Of a stretch of DNA of 64,000 nucleotides, positions 9,405-17,304 are shown piece by piece. This stretch comes from an uncultured Solirubrobacteraceae bacterium (GTDB taxonomy: Bacteria > Actinomycetota > Thermoleophilia > Solirubrobacterales > Solirubrobacteraceae): assembly GCA_963753235.1 (NCBI GenBank), contig CAVWBJ010000001.1, forward strand, positions 499,917 through 563,916, in the 5' to 3' direction. The position numbers and the translations under genes were made by a program. The stretch's first letter is position 1. Every line of letters starts with the position of its first letter. Below the pieces are notes generated by a model. It had not been told where the DNA came from, ran no database searches, and was given only the letters and a program-made list of their open reading frames with translations.

Positions 9405-11171
9405 GCGGCGGGTCCGGGGGCGGAGCGCCTCCACCTCAGCCCAGGGGCGCGTGTTGACCACCGCCCCGGGTTCCAGCCAGGCCCGCCGCGCGGTGGCCAC
9501 CCCGTAGCGGGCGACCTCAAAGCCGCCCACCCGGTGGGCGTCGCAATCGATCACCAGCGGGACCCCGGCCCGCGCCGCCGCCCGGGCGTGAACGTCGTCC
9601 AGGTCGCGCCGGTCCGGGCTGGAGTTGATCTCCAGCATCGTGCCGGTGTCCAGCGCCGCCTCCACGATGGCGGTGAAGTCAAACGGGTAGGGCGGCCGGC
9701 GCTCGATCTTGCGCCCTGACGGATGACCGATGACGTCGACCAGCGGGTTCTCGATGGCGCGGACGATCCGCTGGGTCATGGCGGCGGCATCCATCTGAAA
9801 CGACGAGTGCACCGAGGCCACCACCCAGTCCAGGGCGGCCAGGGTCTCGTCGTCGTAGTCCAGCGACCCGTCCGGCAGGATGTTGACCTCCGACCCGGCG
9901 AGCAGCGTGATCCCGCCCACGGCGTCGCTGCCGGAGAGTTCACGGATCCGGGCGATCTGCTGATGAAGGCGATCCGGCGACACCTCGTCGCCGAAGCCAA
10001 ACGAGGCCGAGTGGTCGGTGATCGCCAGGTACTCGTAGCCGGCCTCCCGGGCGGCGAGCGCCATCTCCTCAATGGAGGCGGTGCCGTCCGAGGTGGTGGT
10101 GTGGCAATGCAGATCGCCCCGCAGGTCGGCCTGGGTGATCAGCGAGGGCAGGGTATGGCTGGCCGCCGCCTCCAGCTCGCCGCGGTTCTCGCGCAGCTCC
10201 GGCTCGATGTAGTCCAGCCCCAGCGCGGCGTAGACCTCGGCCTCGGTGGCGCACCGGGTGGTCTCGCCGGTGGCGTCGTCCAGCACGCCGTACTCGGAGA
10301 CGTGGAGCCCGCGCCGCACCGCGGCCTCACGCAGCGCCATGTTGTGCTGCTTGGACCCGGTGAAGTGCTGGAGCAGGTTGCCGAACTGGTCCGGGGCGAC
10401 GATCCGCAGGTCGACCTTGACCCCGGTGTGGGTGCGCAGTCGCACCCCGGACTCGGTGGGGTTCTGCGCTGCCTCCACCAACTCCAGCCCCGCGGCCGCC
10501 CGCGCCAGCGTCAGCGGATCGGAGGCGGTGGCGATGATGTCCAGGTCCTTGACGCTGTCGCTCATGCGCCGGGCCGACCCGGCCAGCTCCACCCGGTCGG
10601 CCGCCGGATGGTCACGCAGGGCGGCGATCAGCTGCTCGCCGACTCCGAGCGCGCGGCTGAGCACGACCCGCTGACCGCCGCCCCCGTTGGCCTGGTGTGA
10701 CTCGGCCTCGGCCCGGGCGACCGCCGCCGCCTTGAGCAGGCCCTCCTCGGCCTTGGGGCCGAACCCCTTCAGCGTCCGGATCCGGTGGGCCGCCGCGGCC
10801 TCCTCCAATGCCTGCAGCGAGTCGATCCCCAGTTCCTCGTAGAGCCGCCGCGCCCGCTTGGGCCCCAGGCCGGGCAGCCGGGTGATCTCCAGCAGCCCCG
10901 TCGGGAACTTGGCCCGCAGCTTGACCGCGGCCGGGATGGCGCCCTCGTCGGCGAGCGCCAGCACCTTCTCCTGGATGATCCCGCCGATCCCGGGCAGCTC
11001 GGTGGCCCGGCCCTCCCGCGCCAGCGCGGTCACCGAGACGGGCGCGTCCCGGACCGCCTTGGCCGCATTGCGGTAGGCGACGATCCGGTGGATGATCGCC
11101 CCGTCCAGCTCGTAGAGATCCCCCAGCTCATCCAGCGCCGCCGCAATCTCGGAGTTGGTGGGATCGGCCAT
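9390..11171 (-). CDS. polX: DNA polymerase/3'-5' exonuclease PolX (Pol beta-like domain plus PHP domain)
   Basis: It starts MADPTNSEIAAALDELGDLYEL, and has helix-hairpin-helix GIGGII/GLGPKRA, a nucleotidyltransferase core, and PHP motifs DLHCHTTTSDG and ITDHS. The track ORF start 11513 overlaps trxA antisense, so I trimmed to ATG 11171. Confidence 0.9.
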   Translation of the reverse strand: MADPTNSEIAAALDELGDLYELDGAIIHRIVAYRNAAKAVRDAPVSVTALAREGRATELPGIGGIIQEKVLALADEGAIPAAVKLRAKFPTGLLEITRLPGLGPKRARRLYEELGIDSLQALEEAAAAHRIRTLKGFGPKAEEGLLKAAAVARAEAESHQANGGGGQRVVLSRALGVGEQLIAALRDHPAADRVELAGSARRMSDSVKDLDIIATASDPLTLARAAAGLELVEAAQNPTESGVRLRTHTGVKVDLRIVAPDQFGNLLQHFTGSKQHNMALREAAVRRGLHVSEYGVLDDATGETTRCATEAEVYAALGLDYIEPELRENRGELEAAASHTLPSLITQADLRGDLHCHTTTSDGTASIEEMALAAREAGYEYLAITDHSASFGFGDEVSPDRLHQQIARIRELSGSDAVGGITLLAGSEVNILPDGSLDYDDETLAALDWVVASVHSSFQMDAAAMTQRIVRAIENPLVDVIGHPSGRKIERRPPYPFDFTAIVEAALDTGTMLEINSSPDRRDLDDVHARAAARAGVPLVIDCDAHRVGGFEVARYGVATARRAWLEPGAVVNTRPWAEVEALRPRTRRSATL

Positions 11172-11247
11172 GATGCTCAGCCTATCCCCTGGGGGCGGCG
11201 CCTCCGTCCCGCTATACTTTCTGAAGTACCAACGACAAGGAGATGCG

Positions 11248-11577
11248 ATGTCAGGCGCGGTGACGGACGTAACCGACAACAACTTCCAGGCCGAGGTGGT
11301 GGAGTCAGACGTGCCCGTGCTCGTGGACTTCTGGGCCCCATGGTGCGGTCCCTGCCGCCGTGTCTCGCCCGTCGTGGAGGAGATCGCCTCCGAGCGCGCC
11401 GAATCGCTCAAGGTGGTCAAGCTGAACATCGACGAGAACCAGCAGACCGCGGTCAAGTTCAACGTGATGTCGATCCCGACGCTGATGCTGTTCAAGCACG
11501 GCGAGGTCGCCAAGACGGTGATCGGCGCCTATCCCAAGCGCAAGATCGAGGAGGAGCTGGAGCCCGCGCTCGCCTAG
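11248..11577 (+). CDS. trxA: Thioredoxin
   Basis: FWAPWCGPCR active site in a ~109-aa protein. ATG 11248 is preceded by AAGGAG. Confidence 0.92.
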   Translation: MSGAVTDVTDNNFQAEVVESDVPVLVDFWAPWCGPCRRVSPVVEEIASERAESLKVVKLNIDENQQTAVKFNVMSIPTLMLFKHGEVAKTVIGAYPKRKIEEELEPALA

Positions 11578-11640
11578 CGCCCCCGCTCGCCTACCCCTGT
11601 CCGCGCCCGTCCTGCCCGCCGGCAGGGCGGGCGCAGTGCG

Positions 11641-14600
11641 TTAACCGGCGACGGCGACCCCGATCCGCAGCGGGCGGTCGTCGATCATCACCGGCTCGGC
11701 GCCGTCCAACGACTCATAGCTGATGCTGGTGGCCAGGGTCTCGCCGGACACGTAGGCCTCGTAGGCGCGGGCGGCGGCGAGGAGCTCGTCGTCGCCGTCC
11801 AGGGTGAGCAGGATCCGATCGGTCACCTCCAGGCCGGCGGCCTGGCGGGCGTTCTGCACCGCCCGGACGATGTCCCGGGCCCAGCCCTCCACCTGCAGCG
11901 CCGCGTCGATCTCCACCTCCAGCGCCACCGCGTGGGAACCCTCGCGCTCCACCCGGTAGCCCTCCAGGGGCTTCATGGTGATGAGCAGGTCGTCGGCCGT
12001 GAGCGGGTGCTCGCTGCCACCGACCACGATTGAGACCGGCTCGCCGGCGCGGAGCGCCGCCGCCGCCTCGGCCGGATTCAGCCCGGCCACGGCTGCCGCC
12101 ACCATCGGCATCTGCTTGCCGAACCGGGGGCCGAGCGTGCGGTAGTTGGGCTTGAGCTCGATCTGTCCCAGCTCATCGGCCTGGGAGACGAACCGCAGCT
12201 CGCGGACATTGAGCTCGTCGCGCACGATCTCGGCCAGCCGCTCAATCGCCGTTCGCTCCCGGCCGGTGGCCACTATCACCGCCGCCCGCAGGGGCTGGCG
12301 CACCTTGATCTTGGCCTGGGCCCGGGCGGCCAGACCGAGGCGCACCGTCTCCCGGGCCACGCCCATCGCGTGCTCCAGGTCGGCATCGCGCTCGCCGGCG
12401 ATGGGGAAGTCGGTGAGGTGGACGCTGGGCTCGCCGCCGTCCAGGTTGTCGTAGATCTCATCGGCCAGAAACGGGCAGAACGGGGCGAGCAGCTGGGCCA
12501 CGGTCACCAGGCACTGGCGCAGAGTGGTAAACGCCGCCGAATCGCCCTCCCAGAAGCGGCGCCGGGACCGGCGCACGTACCAGTTGGACAGCTCGTCGAC
12601 GAAGCTCTGGATGGCCCGGCCCCCGGTGGTGGCGTCGAAGTCATCCAGCCGGTCGCGGACGGTGGCGATGGTGTCCTGCAGCCGGGACAGGATCCACCGG
12701 TCCAGATCGGTCAGCTCCAGGAGGACCGAGCTCGCGCCCTCCCGTCCCACCTCATTGGCGTTGGCGTAGAGCACGTAGAAGCCGTACGTGTTCCACAGCT
12801 GGAGCATGAACTGGCGGACGGCCTCGCCGATCGTCTCCAGCGAGAACCGGTAGCCGTCCCAGGGCAGCTTGGAGGTGAAGAAGTACCAGCGCAGCGCATC
12901 GGCGCCGTAGCGGTTGATGACGTCCCACGGCTCCACCGTGTTGCCCAGCGACTTGGACATCTTGCGGCCGTCCTCGTCCAGGATCAGCCCCAGGCAGACC
13001 ACATTGCGATACGACGACTGGTCGAACAGGAGCGTGGCCACCGCCAGCAGGGAGTAGAACCAGCCCCGCGTCTGGTCCAGCGCCTCGCAGATGAAGTCGG
13101 CCGGAAAGCGCTGCTCAAAGTGCTCCTGGTTCTCCTGCGGTGCGTGGAACTGGGCGAACGGCATCGACCCCGAGTCAAACCAGACGTCGATGACCTCCGG
13201 GACGCGGCGCATGGTGTGCCCGTGCGCCGGGCAGGGGAAGGTGACCTCGTCGACGAAGGGGCGATGGGGATCCTCCAGCAGGACGCCGGACAGCTCCTGC
13301 AGCTCCGCGCGTGAGCCGATCGCCTGCACGCAGCCCTCATCGCAGCGCCAGACCGGCAGCGGCGTGCCCCAGTAGCGCTCGCGGGACAGCGCCCAGTCGA
13401 CATTGCCCTCCAGCCAATGGCCGAAGCGGCCGTGCTTGACGTGCTCCGGGTGCCAGTTGATCGTCTCGTTGGCGGCCAGCAGCCGGTCCTTGATCTGGCT
13501 GGTGGCGATGTACCAGGATGGCTTGGCGTAATAGAGCAGCGGGGTGTTGCACCGCCAGCAGTGCGGATAGGAGTGCTTGTACTCCTCGGCTCGCAGGAGC
13601 CGGCCCCGGCTGCGCAGATCCTCAATCAGGTCGGGGTCGGCGTCCTTGACCCAGCGGCCGGCATACGGACCGATCCGCTCGTCGTAGGTGCCGTTGAGCC
13701 GCACCGGGTTGACGACGTTCAGTCCCTCCTGCTCGCCCAGACGGAAGTCGTCCTCGCCGAAGGCGATGGCGGTGTGCACCAGCCCGGTGCCCTCATCCGC
13801 GGTGACGAAGTCCGCGGGCAGCACCGTGTGTCCCTTGGGACCGTAGGCCTCGGCCGGGATGTACGGAAACGGTGCCTCGTAGGCGGTGCCGGCCAGCTCG
13901 GTGCCGGGAAACGTCTCCAGCACCTCGGCGTCCTCGCCGAGCACGCGCTCCACCAGGCCCTCGGCGACGATCTGGACCGGGGCGCCGCCGTCCGCCCGGG
14001 CGCGGGCATAGCTGAGCTCAGGATTGACCGCCACGGCGGCGTTGGAGACCAGCGTCCAGGGCGTCGTCGTCCACACCAGCAGCTCATCGCCCAGCTGGGC
14101 GCGGCCGGACGGACGGGTGACCGGCAGGCGCACGTACACCGACGGGTCCACGACGTCCTGGTAGGCGCCGGGCTGCCCCAGCTCATGGCTGGACAGGGTC
14201 ACCTCGTCACGCGGGCAGTACGGGACAACCTTGAGCTTCTCGTAGAGCAGCCCCTTGTCATGAATCGTCTTCAGCGCCCACCACACCGACTCCACGTAGT
14301 CGGGGTCCAGCGTCCGATAGGCGTCGTCCAGGTCCACCCAGAACCCGATGCGCTCGGTCAGCCGGTTCCACTCGGCGACGTGGCTGAGCACCTTCTCCCG
14401 GCAGCGGGCGTTGAACTCAGCGATGCCGAACCGCTCGATGTCGGCCTTGGACTCAAAGCCGAGCTCGGCCTCCAGGGCCAGCTCCACGGGCAGGCCATGG
14501 CAGTCCCAGCCGGCCTTGCGCTCCACGTAATGCCCGGTCATGGTCCGGTACCGGGGGAAGATGTCCTTGAACACCCGGCTGAGCACGTGGTGGGTGGCCG

Positions 14601-14769
14601 GGTTGCCGTTGGCGGTCGGGGGCCCCTCGTAGAACCCCCACTGGGGCGCGCCGCTGCGGCGGCGGACCGACTCGGCGAACACGTCGCGGGCCCGCCAGCG
14701 CTCCAGCACCGTCTCCTCCAGCTCGGGGAACGAGGCGCGTGGGTCGACGGGGCGGTGCGGGCTGCTCAT
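11641..14769 (-). CDS. ileS: Isoleucine--tRNA ligase
   Basis: 1042 aa with PPTANGNPATHH (HIGH region), KMSKS, a CP1 editing domain and the class Ia layout. Confidence 0.95.
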   Translation of the reverse strand: MSSPHRPVDPRASFPELEETVLERWRARDVFAESVRRRSGAPQWGFYEGPPTANGNPATHHVLSRVFKDIFPRYRTMTGHYVERKAGWDCHGLPVELALEAELGFESKADIERFGIAEFNARCREKVLSHVAEWNRLTERIGFWVDLDDAYRTLDPDYVESVWWALKTIHDKGLLYEKLKVVPYCPRDEVTLSSHELGQPGAYQDVVDPSVYVRLPVTRPSGRAQLGDELLVWTTTPWTLVSNAAVAVNPELSYARARADGGAPVQIVAEGLVERVLGEDAEVLETFPGTELAGTAYEAPFPYIPAEAYGPKGHTVLPADFVTADEGTGLVHTAIAFGEDDFRLGEQEGLNVVNPVRLNGTYDERIGPYAGRWVKDADPDLIEDLRSRGRLLRAEEYKHSYPHCWRCNTPLLYYAKPSWYIATSQIKDRLLAANETINWHPEHVKHGRFGHWLEGNVDWALSRERYWGTPLPVWRCDEGCVQAIGSRAELQELSGVLLEDPHRPFVDEVTFPCPAHGHTMRRVPEVIDVWFDSGSMPFAQFHAPQENQEHFEQRFPADFICEALDQTRGWFYSLLAVATLLFDQSSYRNVVCLGLILDEDGRKMSKSLGNTVEPWDVINRYGADALRWYFFTSKLPWDGYRFSLETIGEAVRQFMLQLWNTYGFYVLYANANEVGREGASSVLLELTDLDRWILSRLQDTIATVRDRLDDFDATTGGRAIQSFVDELSNWYVRRSRRRFWEGDSAAFTTLRQCLVTVAQLLAPFCPFLADEIYDNLDGGEPSVHLTDFPIAGERDADLEHAMGVARETVRLGLAARAQAKIKVRQPLRAAVIVATGRERTAIERLAEIVRDELNVRELRFVSQADELGQIELKPNYRTLGPRFGKQMPMVAAAVAGLNPAEAAAALRAGEPVSIVVGGSEHPLTADDLLITMKPLEGYRVEREGSHAVALEVEIDAALQVEGWARDIVRAVQNARQAAGLEVTDRILLTLDGDDELLAAARAYEAYVSGETLATSISYESLDGAEPVMIDDRPLRIGVAVAG

Positions 14770-14797
14770 GGGCGCAGGATTCTAGGCAGCCGCGGGT

Positions 14798-14822
14798 GGC
14801 CCGGCCCGCGCGCGGCCGGGCC
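14798..14822 (-). terminator. GC-rich hairpin between the MerR gene stop and the ileS start (possible tail-less terminator)
   Basis: GGCCCGGCC / GGCCGGGCC form a 9-bp perfect stem around CGCGCGC. No U-tract follows on either strand. Confidence 0.3.
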
Positions 14823-14823
14823 C

Positions 14824-15717
14824 CTACGCCGTTGACGAGCGGGGGACGGCGGGCGCCAGGCGCCGCTCGGCCGACGGCGCCGCGGCCGTCGTCATGCGCT
14901 CCAGACGGGCCAGGAGGCTGTCCTTGGCCGCCACCGGCAGCTCGCCGAGACGGAACACGGTGCTGGCCCCGGTGTCAGGAACAGCGCCACGGAAGTCAAA
15001 CACCACCGCCTCCCGCGCCGTGGAGCGCACGGCGTAGACCAGGCGACCGATGGAGTCCAGCGACACGCGCCGGCCGGTCAGGACGACGGCGGCCGGGTCA
15101 AGCGCCCGCAGGGCGCGGCCCAGACGGGCGGGTGCGATGGCCGGTGTGAGTGTCAGCGTGCGCATGCCCGCCCGGCGCAGCACCACCTCCAGCGCCTGGG
15201 CGTAGACGGCGTCCAGGTCACACGGGGCCGAAGCGTCGAACACCATGATCCCCTCCCGCCGGGAGGCCGGCGGTGCCAGCCGCCGCTGGGCGGCGAGCCA
15301 GCCCACCGCATGCCGCCACGCGAACTCATACTCCGCCGAGGACGGTCCGGGCTCGTCGAGCGTCGCCACCGCCTCCAGGAGCACCTCTTCAATGGTGCGC
15401 TCCACCGAGCGCAGGCCGAGGCTCTCCTCCAGCAGTCGGTTGGCCGCGTCCTCGTCAAAGGCGGCAAACGCGCCGGTGAGCCGGGTCGGCGTGGCCGGAC
15501 CTCCGCCGCGCTCGCGGGCCAGCGAGATGGCCGAGGAGACGTTGTGGGTCTCCGCCAGCGTGAGCCGCAGCGCCTCGATCTCGGTGAGCGAATACTGGCG
15601 ATGGCCGCCCGCCGAGCGGTGCGGCTTGGGGAATCCGTACCGGCGTTCCCAGCTGCGCAATGTGTTGGGGCTGACGCCGAGCATGACCGCTGCGGCATTC
15701 GTCCGGATTCCGTTCAT
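14824..15717 (-). CDS. MerR-family transcriptional regulator with a C-terminal B12-binding-like (Rossmann) domain lacking the His ligand
   Basis: The N-terminal HTH reads AAVMLGVSPNTLRSWERRYGFPKPHRSAGGHRQYS. The C-terminal module IMVFDASAPCDLDAVYAQALEVVLRRAGMRTLTL...AAVVLTG resembles the CarH/LitR-type B12-binding fold but has no DxHxxG His. Confidence 0.8.
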   Translation of the reverse strand: MNGIRTNAAAVMLGVSPNTLRSWERRYGFPKPHRSAGGHRQYSLTEIEALRLTLAETHNVSSAISLARERGGGPATPTRLTGAFAAFDEDAANRLLEESLGLRSVERTIEEVLLEAVATLDEPGPSSAEYEFAWRHAVGWLAAQRRLAPPASRREGIMVFDASAPCDLDAVYAQALEVVLRRAGMRTLTLTPAIAPARLGRALRALDPAAVVLTGRRVSLDSIGRLVYAVRSTAREAVVFDFRGAVPDTGASTVFRLGELPVAAKDSLLARLERMTTAAAPSAERRLAPAVPRSSTA

Positions 15718-15926
15718 TAACCGAGTTATCCCGTAGATCGTGAGCGATAGGCAAGGTTCGCAAGCCTCCCTGCAGTTTGGTCGCCGCGGTGCGGGCCGGA
15801 GGAATGTCGGCGCGGGCGTCGTACGCGCGCGGGGTCGCCCGGGTGGTCAGGGGCGCCGGGTCGCCCGAGGGGTCACGGGCGCTCCGGGCGGGCCGCGCGG
15901 CGCGTTCGTCCGGACCCAGGGTCTTG

Positions 15927-15959
15927 GGGGCTCACTTGTCTATAGGACAAGTCAGCCCC
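15927..15959. repeat. 33-bp imperfect palindrome centred on CTATAG
   Basis: GGGGCT-C-ACTTGTC-TATAG-GACAAGT-C-AGCCCC gives 13 complementary pairs with one mismatch. It lies in the 358-bp gap between the two MerR paralogs. Confidence 0.6.
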
Positions 15960-16075
15960 GAAAACCCCTCCGCCGCCCGGGGTCATGGGGGGAAGGTGAC
16001 CGTATATGTAGCTGTGGCCCAAAGCCTCCGGGCACGCGGCGCCTTCGCCGAGCCCGAACTGGCGGCGGTGGCCGC

Positions 16076-16963
16076 TCAGGCGCTGGCGCGCCGGGGGGCG
16101 GTCCGGGGGTCGCCGCGGCCGAGCAGGTCGACCGGCTCGGCTTCCAGCATGTCCAGGATGCGCCGCTGGGCGGCGGCTGCGCCGTCCGGCAGGTTGCGGG
16201 TGCCCGTGTTGCGCACCCTCACCCGGTCACTGCCGCGCCGGTAGACGGCCACCGGGACCGCGCCGCCGGCCAGCCGGATGGCGTAGGCCCACCGGGCCAC
16301 GGTGTCGTCGTCCAGATGGGAGCCGGCCACCACCACCAGGTTGGGCCGGTGCACGGCGACGGCATCGCCGATGCCGGCGACGCCGCGGGCCGACAGGCTG
16401 AGCACATCCATCCCGGCGCGGACGCAGAACAGCTCCAGCGCGCGGAGGTAGGGCGCGTCCGGGTCCATCTCATCCCGGGTGGCGTCACCGAACACCACCG
16501 AGATCGGCCGAACCGGCGGCGGCGACAGGCGGATGGCGCGGCGCAGCCAATCCGAGGCCCAGTGGGTGGCAAACGCCCAGGCCGCGGACTCCGGGCCGTT
16601 GCGACGCAGGATCTCCTCCAGCGTGGGGATCAGGACCTCCTCCACCGAGCGCTCCACCGAGCGCAGGGCCAGGGCAGCCTCGATGGCGGCATCCGCCCGC
16701 TCGCGCTCGTAGGAGACCAGCGCGCCCACCAGGGAGTTGGCGTCGGCGGCAAGACCTTCCCGCGCGCGGGATACTGCAGACGAGATGGAGAGCCCCTCCT
16801 GGAGGGCGTCGCGCAGAGCGGCGACCTCCCCGTGTGTGAACAGACGGTGTTTTCCCGGCGAACGCTGGGGCTTTGGGAACCCAAAGCGCCGTTCCCACGC
16901 CCGGAGGGTGTTGGGGCTCACGTTGAGTAACGCGGCCGCTTCGCTCGTCTTGAGATAACGCAC
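16076..16963 (-). CDS. MerR-family transcriptional regulator, paralog of 14824..15717
   Basis: The HTH AAALLNVSPNTLRAWERRFGFPKPQRSPGKHRLFT is nearly colinear with the neighbour. The C-terminal ISVVFGDATRDEMDPDAPYLRALELFCVRAGMDVLSL...NLVVVAG has the same His-less B12-binding-like layout. GTG start at 16963. Confidence 0.8.
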   Translation of the reverse strand: MRYLKTSEAAALLNVSPNTLRAWERRFGFPKPQRSPGKHRLFTHGEVAALRDALQEGLSISSAVSRAREGLAADANSLVGALVSYERERADAAIEAALALRSVERSVEEVLIPTLEEILRRNGPESAAWAFATHWASDWLRRAIRLSPPPVRPISVVFGDATRDEMDPDAPYLRALELFCVRAGMDVLSLSARGVAGIGDAVAVHRPNLVVVAGSHLDDDTVARWAYAIRLAGGAVPVAVYRRGSDRVRVRNTGTRNLPDGAAAAQRRILDMLEAEPVDLLGRGDPRTAPRRASA

Positions 16964-17304
16964 GGGGTTTCTGGAAAGGTGAAGTGGTCCGTTGCTAAAC
17001 GGACGAGAGCCCTTTAAAATTGCACGGGTTACTTACTGAAATACTGTGCAAAGCGTGTTTGGCTTTTGCGTGCATTCTCGGCGCAAAACGGGACAGACGC
17101 AAGTGCCGGTAAACAAACGACCGAGGGACGTCCAGGGCCTTGCACGTGTCGTCTGACAACGCGCTGCCGGTGGTTGTAGGGGATCCCCTGCGGCGAATCG
17201 CCTCGGCTTGCCCGCAGAAGGGAGGTAGGGATATGGTCTGGCGCACTGGTCGGTGATCAAGTATCTAACTAGTCGGCGTCGCGAAAGCGCGCTACCTTGC
17301 AGGC

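Noticed and set aside
14770-14823. Expected T-box or other leader upstream of ileS, as actinobacterial ileS genes often have one.
   Set aside because: Only 54 nt separate the ileS ATG from the stop of the upstream MerR gene. That space is largely taken by a GC hairpin. There is no room for a specifier loop or T-box, and no AGAGA/T-box-like sequence is visible.
15745-15765. tRNA T-arm-like string AAGGTTCGCAAGCC.
   Set aside because: It does not match the GGTTCGAATCC T-loop consensus. No acceptor, D or anticodon arms can be drawn around it. No tRNA-like cloverleaf was seen in any intergenic region.
15777-16244. 155-aa plus-strand ORF spanning the gap between the two MerR genes.
   Set aside because: It is Arg/Ala/Gly-rich and runs antisense into the 3' end of the upstream MerR gene and through the palindrome. 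No SD or motif is present. A 37-codon minus-strand ORF from ATG 15986 was rejected for the same reasons.
17080-17135. Possible second c-di-GMP riboswitch upstream of the first HD-GYP gene (GCGCAAAACGGGACAGACGCAAGUGCCGG on the plus strand; ACGCAAAAGCC on the minus strand).
   Set aside because: It only partly resembles the GGGACGCAAAGCC core. It lacks GGCAAACC followed by the GNRA-capped P2 hairpin, and I could not build the GEMM-I or GEMM-II architecture on either strand. It is kept only as part of the unassigned structured-leader finding.
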